Position numbers and translations under genes: made by a program
Notes under the pieces: generated by a model
Seen by the model: the letters and a program-made list of their open reading frames with translations, nothing else
The model's database searches: none
Told to the model about the DNA's origin: nothing
Virus record (IMG/VR): IMGVR_UViG_3300050821_009430
Span: 14,458-78,457 of that record
Strand: one strand, 5' to 3'
Source: a virus
Length of the DNA: 64,000 bases
Shown here: positions 18,444 through 27,207 of the stretch, piece after piece
Layout: every line of letters starts with the position of its first letter
Position numbering within the stretch: position 1 is the stretch's first letter

Positions 18444-18647
18444 ATGAATTGGTTTGCATTGCAACGCCAACAATGGATTAAAGAAACGATAGAAATATTT
18501 GGATTCATTAATAGAGAGCACCTGGAACTAAAATTTGGGATATCAACTCCCAAAGCTTCTAAAGACTTGCAAGAATATCAAAAGCTTTATCCTAAAACGA
18601 TAATTTATAATAAAACATCTAAAAGATATGAAAAAGGGCCACACTGA
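18444..18647 (+). CDS. stand-alone winged-helix domain of CapW/BrxR (WYL regulator) type
   Basis: RQQWIKE...FGFINREHL..KFGISTPKASKDL..Y....P....Y....KRY; SD AGGAGG; no WYL domain. Confidence 0.65.
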   Translation: MNWFALQRQQWIKETIEIFGFINREHLELKFGISTPKASKDLQEYQKLYPKTIIYNKTSKRYEKGPH

Positions 18648-18797
18648 GAATTTCATGAGTAAAAACCAGCTTTTCATCATCATGAACTACAATCTGATCT
18701 TGATGCAAAACTACCGTGAAAAGCTGGTGGCCTGGAAGGTAGGAAAAGCCGAGGCCCTGCAATATGGGCTTTAATCCTAATCTTAAGAAACAAATTC

Positions 18798-18827
18798 CTT
18801 GACAGCCCTTTCTGCACCACTTATATC
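18798..18827 (+). promoter_or_regulatory. sigma70 (RpoD) promoter
   Basis: CTTGACA-N17-TATATC, close to the alphaproteobacterial CTTGAC-N17-CTATAT consensus. Confidence 0.7.
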
Positions 18828-18873
18828 CAACCGAATTGGTGCTGACTGCGGCCAACCCCAGGTGATTGTTCTC

Positions 18874-19476
18874 ATGCAGCCCCACGAAGAACCGGCCCGG
18901 CCGCTTGACCTGTCAATACCAGAGGATGGTTCAATACCGGCTTTTCTGAAACGCCCATTTGAAAACGAAAGTGAGAACGGTGCCATGTGGAACAAGTTGT
19001 GGAGTGAACAGCGTAAGGTCTACGCCAGCGACGAAGCCAAGGCTGCTGCTGAGCCTGAAGCCGAAGCACCGGCCGCAAAGCCCAAACCTGTGAAGGCTGA
19101 CAAACCGGCCAAAAAGGCAACGGCTAATGGTGCCAGCAAGCCCAAGGCTGAAGCCAAGGCCAAACCTGCGGCTAAGGCTGCGCCCGCTAAGGCCACTGCA
19201 AAGCCTGCCAAGGGCAAAGCCAAGGCTGAGCGTAAACAGGATCCGGCTAAACTGGACGCCTTTGGCTTCCGCAAAGAGAGCATCAAGTCCAAGGCAGCGG
19301 CCCTTTATGCCAAAGGCAAAGGTGCGACGCTGGCAGATGTTAAGGAAGCGCTTGGCAGCGTGCAATTCAACTTGCTTACGGAACTCAAGGAAAAGGGTTA
19401 CGAGGTTGAAGAGTCGGAAGTCAAGAACACCAACGGCCGTATGGTGACCCGTTACAAGATAGTTTCCAAAGATTAA
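18874..19476 (+). CDS. histone-like Ala/Lys/Pro-rich protein with C-terminal winged helix
   Basis: PAK repeats followed by FGFRKESIKSKAAALY..GKGATLADVKEALG; start could also be 18985. Confidence 0.7.
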   Translation: MQPHEEPARPLDLSIPEDGSIPAFLKRPFENESENGAMWNKLWSEQRKVYASDEAKAAAEPEAEAPAAKPKPVKADKPAKKATANGASKPKAEAKAKPAAKAAPAKATAKPAKGKAKAERKQDPAKLDAFGFRKESIKSKAAALYAKGKGATLADVKEALGSVQFNLLTELKEKGYEVEESEVKNTNGRMVTRYKIVSKD

Positions 19477-19500
19477 GTAAGCGTTGCGTCCTGCGTATAG

Positions 19501-19531
19501 GGCCAAGGGCACCCCAGTCCTTGGCCTTTTT
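19501..19531 (+). terminator. intrinsic terminator
   Basis: GGCCAAGGGC-acccca-GTCCTTGGCC-TTTTT. Confidence 0.8.
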
Positions 19532-19557
19532 CAATCCAAACCAAAAGGAGAAATAAA

Positions 19558-20124
19558 ATGATAGACCTTGCAGCAATTCCCGCTGAACGTCTTGCTATGT
19601 TGGACAACGCAAAGCTTTACAACGGTTCGCATGACGGCGGGACTGGTGGCCCAGATTGCAAGCATTGTGCCCGTGAATTGCTCTATGAGGTTGTTACTGG
19701 TAATCATGCAGATAAAGTGCCGCCCGGATGTTCGGTCATGATTGGCGTTCTGCCAACATTCAATGATGGCCCTTGGCTCAACGACGATCATCGCACGGAG
19801 GTGATGCGTCCCTACCTCAAGAAAATGCTAACCCTTGATCCAGCAAGGGATGCTGAACGAGTTTTCTATCTGCTCGATCACGTCTACCGAGCCGACCTCC
19901 CAACCATCTGCGACCTGTTTAAGGAGGATGAGGCTGCAAAAAAGTTGCGCGGGTTGGCACCAATCACCAATAACAAATCTGCGCTGCGTGCGCTGGATGC
20001 GATGCGTGCGCTGGGTGCGCTGCGTGCGCTGCGTGCGCTGGATGCGCTGGGTAAAAAGCAAATCGCCGAAGCGTGGGCCAAGAACTGTACCGACGCCCTC
20101 GATCTTATCTGCTCTATTGAATGA
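19558..20124 (+). CDS. conserved phage hypothetical protein with tripeptide repeats
   Basis: GSH...CAREL...G.HAD..PPGCS...FND...DDHR; SD AAGGAG. Confidence 0.7.
   Translation: MIDLAAIPAERLAMLDNAKLYNGSHDGGTGGPDCKHCARELLYEVVTGNHADKVPPGCSVMIGVLPTFNDGPWLNDDHRTEVMRPYLKKMLTLDPARDAERVFYLLDHVYRADLPTICDLFKEDEAAKKLRGLAPITNNKSALRALDAMRALGALRALRALDALGKKQIAEAWAKNCTDALDLICSIE
19981..20052 (+). repeat. 8 x 9-bp in-frame tandem repeat
   Basis: GCG(C/A)TG(CGT/GAT/GGT) x8, encoding ALR-ALD-AMR-ALG-ALR-ALR-ALD-ALG. Confidence 0.85.
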
Positions 20125-20136
20125 TAGGATCAGATC

Positions 20137-20379
20137 ATGATGTCAAAACCGCTTAACTTTGAAACCGCGCAATCCAGAAACGACTGGATCATTGAGCATG
20201 CGGAATATTTCACTACGTGTCGGATGATAAACAGAAAATACATCCGCAACGAACATAAAACTCTGGACGAAGCGCGGCGGCATGCCAAAACGATGCTGGC
20301 CGAGAACGGCACCAAGCCGGTTCTCATCTACGCGGTACAGGGTAATTCAGATACCTACATTGAAATGGTCAAGCCCTGA
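20137..20379 (+). CDS. hypothetical protein
   Basis: 80 aa, TLDEARRHA...VLIYAV; co-oriented. Confidence 0.6.
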   Translation: MMSKPLNFETAQSRNDWIIEHAEYFTTCRMINRKYIRNEHKTLDEARRHAKTMLAENGTKPVLIYAVQGNSDTYIEMVKP

Positions 20380-20411
20380 TCTCATCCACCCCCAACCAAA
20401 GGAACCCAATC

Positions 20412-20639
20412 ATGGCCTACAGAAACGATAAGCCAGAAGTTGTGACCAAGCTACAACTACAAGGACGAACTAACTCATCTCAACCTTGGGGTATCTATAA
20501 TACCGTACCACTTGGTCACGAACCGGATGAAAACGAAGGCAAAGCCTTACGGCGTGCCAAGGCTGAGATTGCCCGGCTTAAGGCCAATTGGCATGATAAT
20601 TACGATCAAACCATTGAGTTCCGGGTAATTGAGCTATAG
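20412..20639 (+). CDS. hypothetical protein
   Basis: SD AAAGGA; 75 aa. Confidence 0.6.
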   Translation: MAYRNDKPEVVTKLQLQGRTNSSQPWGIYNTVPLGHEPDENEGKALRRAKAEIARLKANWHDNYDQTIEFRVIEL

Positions 20640-20978
20640 GCCGTTGCCCTTATAAGCCACGCTGATGCGGGTTTAGCTGAAAGGGCCACCCACGTAGCCC
20701 ATGAGCCTGAAGCCTTACCAGCAGTCACCCCAAGCCAGTTATACCATGCTTGGCGCTGCGTGCTTCATGGGGTACAGTCATAACCATCAAAGGAGGGCAA
20801 TCTCCTGCCGCAGCCGCGCGGGGCAACGGGCGAGTGTAGGCCACCGGGGTTTTGTCATAGCGGCCCCGGCCAAGCGAGCCACTACAAGTTATCCCTCTGG
20901 GCCTTCCTTTGACCGGCGTGGGTCATGACCAGCGAAGGGGTAAAAGCCCCGCAGTTTCTTTCACAAAAGGAATTAAGG

Positions 20979-21461
20979 ATGATTGAGCATACCGATCCGT
21001 TCTATCAGAAAATTGCCAGCACCATTGAACTACACGGTAGACAGCTACTAGCCATAGGGGCGGGGGCCAAGGAACCGGCATTTGCCTATTCAATAGGAAA
21101 TCATTTGAAGGGTTTCCCTGAATTGCTTATCATTGGCAACATGCAGCCTGAAATAGCCCAAAGCATTCTCAATAAATTATCAGATCAAGTAATTGCCGAG
21201 AATAAGGCATTCCTCAACGGTGCGCTGGTCAATATTGGGGGCAAGTTTGATTTGCAGGTGTGGGATACGACCATCATAGCCAAAGTGCAATACACCCTCC
21301 AAGCCACTGAGTTCTACCGGCATCAAGAATACGCCGTCCAGCAAATCATCCTGCCCGATCCAAAAGGGCATTACCCTACCGATAAGCGCTGCCACAAACG
21401 CTACCGCGTGCCGGTGCTGCGTAGCACTACAGCCATCATGCAATCTCTAAAGATTCACTAG
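20979..21461 (+). CDS. DUF4262-family protein
   Basis: PAFAYSIG....GFPELLIIG ... QIILPDPKG.YP. Confidence 0.7.
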   Translation: MIEHTDPFYQKIASTIELHGRQLLAIGAGAKEPAFAYSIGNHLKGFPELLIIGNMQPEIAQSILNKLSDQVIAENKAFLNGALVNIGGKFDLQVWDTTIIAKVQYTLQATEFYRHQEYAVQQIILPDPKGHYPTDKRCHKRYRVPVLRSTTAIMQSLKIH

Positions 21462-21790
21462 GACGTATAGCTTGAAAGCTCGGCTTGTGGTTGGGCGGAT
21501 CTGCAAACCACAGCGCAAGCCGTGATCTACCGCGTTACTGTGGGGCCAACAAAGCGCAAACCCCGGTCCACTAATTTGTCCTTTGGGGGTATTGGCAGTG
21601 CTCCTGTTATGGCACTGAAAAGAAGCAGGACAGGCTTGGGCAGTTCAGGTGGCTCAAGTGAACCGGCGAAGCGGCTCCGTTGGGTATAGCTTCGTAGCTT
21701 GGTTCGGGGACTACCTTCCAGTATCCAGCTCTAAGGATACCTGGGGGTAGGCGTAGCTGTCGCTTCGCCTTGGTCCTTCGAACCGGCTCA
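21461..21790 (+). ncRNA. candidate structured RNA / regulatory element
   Basis: Stems 21481-92/21506-22, 21665-75/21759-69, 21711-26/21735-50, plus crossing pair 21701-11/21773-84. Confidence 0.4.
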
Positions 21791-21804
21791 GCTCTCACAT
21801 TGGG

Positions 21805-22022
21805 TATAGAACATATAGTGGACATTAGAACTAGAAATTCTAAGGAATATTCCAGTAGAACTTCCAACTATAGGAACTATTCTATGGCACGAACTGTCTC
21901 AAGTTCTCAGGAACCCAAGAAACTTCCGTACAAATTCTACGGAGAAGAACAAAATTCCAAGATCAAGCGTCAATATAAACTCAGTGAGCTAAGGAAGCTT
22001 CTTGAGAATAAAACCTGGGAAC
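21805..22022. repeat. cluster of GAA..TTC palindromes, candidate replication origin
   Basis: TTAGAA..TTCTAA, GGAATATTCC, ATAGGAACTATTCTAT, GGAAGCTTC; AT-rich; upstream of the helicase genes. Confidence 0.4.
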
Positions 22023-22336
22023 AGGTGATTGATGCCACCATTTACGGCCGTGAATTCAGCGGTGTGTATTTTAGCGGGAGGATCGGCAAATTCATGAACC
22101 AAATGGCCTTGGCCGTTGTGGCCTTTGACCGCATCGTGGTCATGAAGTTCCTGAATTCTAAAATAACACCCTTCACCTTTCACGCTTCTGCCATTCTCAA
22201 CGGTTCCCACAATGGCGGCTTCCTGCTTTGCAAAGCCGATTTCATGAGTAGGCACACGGGCGATATAAAGCTGACCGATTTGGTCGTTTTGGAGGAGAAT
22301 GATGATAATGCAGCAACACTACCGAATAGATTGTGA
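21884..22336 (+). CDS. hypothetical protein (start uncertain)
   Basis: Open frame overlapping the palindrome cluster. Confidence 0.45.
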   Translation: MARTVSSSQEPKKLPYKFYGEEQNSKIKRQYKLSELRKLLENKTWEQVIDATIYGREFSGVYFSGRIGKFMNQMALAVVAFDRIVVMKFLNSKITPFTFHASAILNGSHNGGFLLCKADFMSRHTGDIKLTDLVVLEENDDNAATLPNRL

Positions 22337-22487
22337 ATGCAAAGGGACCGGCCGCATAAAACGATATATTGGTCACCCAGGTAGAATTGCAATTTTTGTT
22401 TGCTTTGCGTGCACGGATAATACCACCGATGACAACCCCAACCCTCAACAAACTGCTGGCGTCATTGCCGAGCTTGAGCAAAGCTGA
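22299..22487 (+). CDS. small putative zinc-binding protein
   Basis: SD GGAGGAG; CECKGTG...CFAC. Confidence 0.45.
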   Translation: MMIMQQHYRIDCECKGTGRIKRYIGHPGRIAIFVCFACTDNTTDDNPNPQQTAGVIAELEQS

Positions 22488-22917
22488 TTTAGCCACGGTA
22501 TGTGCCGCTGCTGATAGCCTGCTAGGCTTAATAGGGGGCTTACCGGCTACGTCAAATAACCCGGCCGCTACCCCCCTATTTGACGCGGTGACGCACGCGC
22601 TGGGGCTGCGCCTGGGCTTTGCGGCGTTTCAAGCTACAGCGACGTATAAAACCTTTAGACGGGGTGAAGTTGCCGTAAACGATTTTGTTGATGCTGCCTT
22701 CCCCGAAGCTTGTGATAAGGTATCACGCAATGCCATCCTGATCTTTCTGGTTGAATGCCTCATGGATGACCTGAAAGCACGGCATGTTCCATTATCTATC
22801 GGGGCATTATGTAATAATCTGGAACGCGCCCCACAGGTGTTCCGTGATGCCTTCCCCGGCTATGTTGAGAACGGGTTGGCTCACCTCATCTTCAAGTCAA
22901 TGACAAGGAGAGACTAA
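22429..22917 (+). CDS. hypothetical protein upstream of the helicase
   Basis: Helical ORF ending FRDAFPGYVENGL; TAATG-coupled to the next gene. Confidence 0.6.
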   Translation: MTTPTLNKLLASLPSLSKADLATVCAAADSLLGLIGGLPATSNNPAATPLFDAVTHALGLRLGFAAFQATATYKTFRRGEVAVNDFVDAAFPEACDKVSRNAILIFLVECLMDDLKARHVPLSIGALCNNLERAPQVFRDAFPGYVENGLAHLIFKSMTRRD

Positions 22918-23108
22918 TGTTTGGCCGGTGGCCCTTAATGCTGAAAAGCACTCACGAAGCGGTCAGACGAGAAAATTATACGCTTCGTGATGCCCTACGT
23001 GAAGCCAATAAAGAACTGCAAAAGCACCGGGCACTGATTGGTGGTTTGCGTAGCGGGGCAATCGATCTTGCACAAACCCTGACCAAGAAAACAGAAAAAG
23101 CACGCTGA
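22917..23108 (+). CDS. small coiled-coil protein
   Basis: SD AGGAG; coupled to both neighbours. Confidence 0.55.
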   Translation: MFGRWPLMLKSTHEAVRRENYTLRDALREANKELQKHRALIGGLRSGAIDLAQTLTKKTEKAR

Positions 23109-23110
23109 TT

Positions 23111-24523
23111 GTGCTGTTAGGTGCCCTCCAAGAGAATCTACTTACAGTCCTTTCCTGGGATGATGAACGCGCGCCATTGGTCCGCAGTCTCATCGGGCCT
23201 GAACTGTACGGGGGGCATTACCGAACCATAGCCCTCAGAATCTACGATTACATAGATAAGTACAAGAAGGCCCCCAAGGATCATCTGCCCGATATCCTGA
23301 TGGATAAGCTTGAGGCAGAAAATGCCCGCGAAGCTGAATTATATGAGAGTACTATCTCATCTATTTCAGTTGCGCGTGAAGGGCTTAATATCGAATATGT
23401 AATGTCTCAGTTGGAGACATTCATCAAGCGCCAGTCATTGCGTGGCGTGGCCATTGACTTGGCCAAGGCGCTGCAAAAGGACACCGAAGAATCGCTTGAA
23501 GAAGCAGCCACGCTGATTGCACGGGCCAATACCGGCACGCTGTCAGTGTTTGATCCAGGCATCAGGCTCAGCGACAAGAAAGCCATGAGCTTCCTTGATT
23601 TGCAGGAAGCTTCGTTCCCTACCGGAATACCTGAATTGGATAAGCGCGGCTTCGGCCCTACCCGCAAGGAACTTTGGCTGTTCATAGCGAATACAAAGTC
23701 CGGAAAAAGTTGGGGTTTAATGCAGTTAGGAAAGATGGCTGCTTTGCATCGTTTCAAAGTATGCCATATTTCATTGGAAATGTCACGCGAAAGATGTGCT
23801 CAACGCTACTACCAAAGCCTGTTTGCCATTTCAAAACGCAAGGAAACCTTCAGGAACACCAAGTTTCAGAAAGACAAGTTAGGCAGGATCACTGGTTATG
23901 ATGATATACGGGTGCAGCCCTCATTGAGTTATGATGATCCTAAAGTTAGAAAGAAACTTGGCCGACGCATCGACCGCTGGTCTGATCGGCTACTTAAGAA
24001 TGTCATCATCCGTGACTTTCCAATGGGCACCATGACCGTCAATCATTTGCGTGCCTATTTAGATAATCTTGAACAGACCGAACACTTTGTACCGGATCTC
24101 CTTATTATTGACTACCCTGATTTAATGAAGCTGGACAAAGATAATTACCGCCTGTCAATAGACCAAGCCTACAAGGATATCCGTGGCATAGCAGGCACAC
24201 GTAACATAGCCGTGGCCGTGGTCAGTCAGTCACACCGGGCCGGGGCCAAGGCCAAACAATTAGGCGCTGAAAACGTGGCCGAAGCCTACTCAAAGATAGC
24301 ACATGCCGATACCATCGTTACGTATAGTTCCACGCCACAAGAGAGAAAACTTGGGCTTGCCCGGTTATATGTGGCAGGTGGCCGTAACGACGAAGATAAA
24401 ATTAGTGTGGTTATCTCACAACAATACGGCATGGGTGCTTTCGTCATAGATTCCTCATTGATGATTGGAAACTACTTTGAGAACATCCCCCAAGATGGCT
24501 TTAGCGAGGATGAGGATGAATAA
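23111..24523 (+). CDS. DnaB-like (SF4) replicative helicase
   Basis: FPTGIPELD, Walker A ANTKSGKS, ISLEMS, LIIDYPDL, VVSQSHR, AEAYSK..HAD. Confidence 0.85.
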   Translation: MLLGALQENLLTVLSWDDERAPLVRSLIGPELYGGHYRTIALRIYDYIDKYKKAPKDHLPDILMDKLEAENAREAELYESTISSISVAREGLNIEYVMSQLETFIKRQSLRGVAIDLAKALQKDTEESLEEAATLIARANTGTLSVFDPGIRLSDKKAMSFLDLQEASFPTGIPELDKRGFGPTRKELWLFIANTKSGKSWGLMQLGKMAALHRFKVCHISLEMSRERCAQRYYQSLFAISKRKETFRNTKFQKDKLGRITGYDDIRVQPSLSYDDPKVRKKLGRRIDRWSDRLLKNVIIRDFPMGTMTVNHLRAYLDNLEQTEHFVPDLLIIDYPDLMKLDKDNYRLSIDQAYKDIRGIAGTRNIAVAVVSQSHRAGAKAKQLGAENVAEAYSKIAHADTIVTYSSTPQERKLGLARLYVAGGRNDEDKISVVISQQYGMGAFVIDSSLMIGNYFENIPQDGFSEDEDE

Positions 24524-24779
24524 GAACCCAACAGATCCACCAACCGGGGCTTTGTATATTGAAGACCATATGAAGGCTAGATGGGTGGTCTATCACGATT
24601 CAGGTCTAATTAGGAAAAAGCAAATATCCGACTTTGGAAGTTGGTGGTGCCCCGAAAAGGCTTGGAGAATAAATAGGCGTGATTATCTGCCCAAAATGGG
24701 CTATGCTTTCGAGAATTACTTCCACGCTTATGCCTATTCTTTAAAGTGCAAGAACAATGAACGCAATCATCCAACCTGA
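24516..24779 (+). CDS. hypothetical protein (FENYFHAYA motif)
   Basis: Overlaps the helicase end; motif shared with the next ORF. Confidence 0.6.
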   Translation: MNKNPTDPPTGALYIEDHMKARWVVYHDSGLIRKKQISDFGSWWCPEKAWRINRRDYLPKMGYAFENYFHAYAYSLKCKNNERNHPT

Positions 24780-25125
24780 AAGGGCACTCATTGCCGATGT
24801 TCTAAAAGAACTGCCGGTAGGTGCTGTACAAACATGGGGGCAAGTAGAGCTTCTCATTAAAAATTCAGATAATCCAATCTATCTATTTGTTATTGAAATT
24901 CAAGGCAATAACCCTATGCTGCAATTCAAACAGCCTAAGATAACACTGAAGATGAGCGGCGAAACTCTTATGTACCACACTGGCGAAACTGTGGCCATCA
25001 AGAAGTTCTTTAATAGATTATTTCTGCCAACATTCTTTGTTTTTGATAATTATCTACATGCCTATGCACTTGAACAAAGGTTGGCACCAGCCGGGCATTT
25101 GGTGCAGAAGCAAAAATTCAAGTGA
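24757..25125 (+). CDS. hypothetical protein (FDNYLHAYA motif)
   Basis: Motif shared with the previous ORF. Confidence 0.6.
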   Translation: MNAIIQPERALIADVLKELPVGAVQTWGQVELLIKNSDNPIYLFVIEIQGNNPMLQFKQPKITLKMSGETLMYHTGETVAIKKFFNRLFLPTFFVFDNYLHAYALEQRLAPAGHLVQKQKFK

Positions 25126-26681
25126 TCAATAAATATGCCATTAAGAAATTCCTTGCCAGAAAGCTGGATAATTTTGACTGGGTGAAACAATATAAGAAAC
25201 AAGAGCTTTCAGCCGAATTGGATCAATTAAAGCCCAAGCCTGATTTTGGTAGTATTACGCCTTGGCAACACCAAATGGTGTGTTTCCTGATTATGCTGAT
25301 GCTCAAGCGTTTCATGCTCACACTTGACATGGGCGCTGGCAAAACGGCTCTCGTTTTGATGTTACTCCTTTATAGGAAGCAACAGGGTGAGAAACCGAAG
25401 GCTATCGTTTTTGTACCTTATATAACCAGTGTGCTGACCTGGATTGAGCAAGTTGAAGAGCACGCCCCGCAATTACGCTGCGTGGCTTTACTCGGTACAA
25501 CCGAAAAAAATTTAGCAGCACTGAAAACCGATGGTGACCTGTTTGTGATCTGTTACCAAAGTGCCGTTGCCATGGTCACGGAAAAGGTTTTCAATAAAAA
25601 GAAAAACAAGAACCAATGGCAGTTGACGGCAGCCGAAGTACGGAAGTACTTCGATGGTTTTGACATGCTCGTATGTGATGAAGTGCACAATTGCCGGTCA
25701 GTTTCAAGCCTCACTTACCGCATGTGCCGGGCCATTTCAGCCCAGTGTGAATGGGCTTTTGGCCTTACCGGCACACCCTTTGGCAGTGACGTGGCAGCCC
25801 TGTGGCCCCAATATTACTTGATTGATTTTGGTGAAACGCTTGGCCCCACACTTGAGTTTTTCAAGGCTGTATTCTTCAAGCAGGGTTTCAACTATTGGGG
25901 GGGCTACGAATTCACATTCAAAAAGAAGTTATTACCTGACTTAAGAAGGATGTTGAAGAACCGATCAATTCATTATGCCATTGATGAATTGCACGATATG
26001 CCCCAGAAAATAGATACAATTAAGACCATGCCGCCACCGCCAGATAGCGAAGGCTATTGCAAGGCAGCGCTTCAGCAAATCAACGAGGCCATCAAGGGCA
26101 AAGGCAAGACAGCCTACCACGTTGTAGAAAATAATTACCTCAAGCTCCGTCAATTATCATCCGGTTTCATGACTTTACGTGGCGAAGATAATGATAAAAT
26201 ACAGGTTAAGTTTGAAGAAAGCCCCAAACTTGAAGCATTGATTGACTTGATTGAGAGTATGCCCGAGGGGGCAAAGATGGTGGTGTTTCACCACTTTGTT
26301 TACACTAACCAGCTAATCAGCGATGAATTGAAGAAACTGAAGATAGGCCATGCCCGTGTATGGGGCAAAGCCCGTGATCCTATTGGTCAGTTGCGGAAGT
26401 TCAAAGCCGACGCTAATTGTAGGGTACTGGTTATCAATGTGCGGTCCGGTTCAAGTTCACTGAACTTGCAGATCGCTAACTATGTGGTGTTCTTTGAGCA
26501 GCCAGATAACCCCATTGATAGGCAACAGGCTGAACGCCGCGTATGGCGGCCGGGCCAACTCAAGCGTGTCTTTATTTATGATCTTTTGGTCAAAGCTACC
26601 AAAGATCATGCCCTTTATAACAGCAACAAAGCTGGGGAAGACCTACTCAAGTCAATAATTTCTGGTCACACCAAGTTGTAG
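25122..26681 (+). CDS. SNF2/DEAD-like SF2 helicase
   Basis: DMGAGKT, DEVH, LTGTP, KLRQLSSG, SLNLQ, QAERRVWRPGQ. Confidence 0.9.
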   Translation: MINKYAIKKFLARKLDNFDWVKQYKKQELSAELDQLKPKPDFGSITPWQHQMVCFLIMLMLKRFMLTLDMGAGKTALVLMLLLYRKQQGEKPKAIVFVPYITSVLTWIEQVEEHAPQLRCVALLGTTEKNLAALKTDGDLFVICYQSAVAMVTEKVFNKKKNKNQWQLTAAEVRKYFDGFDMLVCDEVHNCRSVSSLTYRMCRAISAQCEWAFGLTGTPFGSDVAALWPQYYLIDFGETLGPTLEFFKAVFFKQGFNYWGGYEFTFKKKLLPDLRRMLKNRSIHYAIDELHDMPQKIDTIKTMPPPPDSEGYCKAALQQINEAIKGKGKTAYHVVENNYLKLRQLSSGFMTLRGEDNDKIQVKFEESPKLEALIDLIESMPEGAKMVVFHHFVYTNQLISDELKKLKIGHARVWGKARDPIGQLRKFKADANCRVLVINVRSGSSSLNLQIANYVVFFEQPDNPIDRQQAERRVWRPGQLKRVFIYDLLVKATKDHALYNSNKAGEDLLKSIISGHTKL

Positions 26682-26691
26682 GATGGATTAG

Positions 26692-27207
26692 ATGATACCT
26701 TCCTTAATCAAACCAGCTACCAGAAATACCCCGTGGCCTGAAGAACAAACAGAAAAACTGAGGAACCTTGTACTTGATCCCAATATGACTGCTTCAAAGA
26801 TAGCAATAGAGCTGGGCGATGGCCTTACGCGGCATGCGGTCATAGGCAAAATTCACAGATTAGGCTTACAAAATAATATATGGGGAAAGGGGCAAAAAAA
26901 CGGAAGGCCAAGAAAGACAAATCACAGGGGGCAATCTGCGCAAAGCAAACAGACGGCCCTTTATTTCACCAAGCGAAAACGCTTAAGAGTGCTTTTAGTT
27001 GAGCCGGCATCCTCACAATTTCCAAATGTTGAGCCTTCCGCCTTTGATAATGCAATCCCACAAGAACAACGCAAAACACTTATGCAGTTGAACGGTCACA
27101 CTTGCCGGTGGCCTGTTGGTTACCCAGGCGAACCAAATTTTTTCTTTTGTGGGGCATTAACTGATACCACCTATTGTGATTATCACACTACCCGATCAAT
27201 TAGATAA
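26692..27207 (+). CDS. gcrA: GcrA-like cell-cycle regulator
   Basis: W..EQ.E.LR.L....TASKIA.ELG..TRHAVIGKIHRLGL and LMQL...TCRWPVG.P....FFFCG....YC.YH. Confidence 0.9.
   Translation: MIPSLIKPATRNTPWPEEQTEKLRNLVLDPNMTASKIAIELGDGLTRHAVIGKIHRLGLQNNIWGKGQKNGRPRKTNHRGQSAQSKQTALYFTKRKRLRVLLVEPASSQFPNVEPSAFDNAIPQEQRKTLMQLNGHTCRWPVGYPGEPNFFFCGALTDTTYCDYHTTRSIR

Noticed and set aside
18771-18786. CtrA box upstream of the promoter at 18798
   Set aside because: Spacing is TTAA-N8-TTAA, not N7.
18799-18873. TTG start given in the ORF track
   Set aside because: The TTG is the -35 hexamer (TTGACA) of the promoter.
20701-20928. 75-aa ORF
   Set aside because: No SD and no recognisable motif; overlaps a triplet-depleted tract and hairpins.
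21461-21573. tRNA or tmRNA (GGAC...GTCC-ACTA ends)
   Set aside because: No TTC T-loop or canonical D-arm, only 4 acceptor-like pairs, and no CCA.
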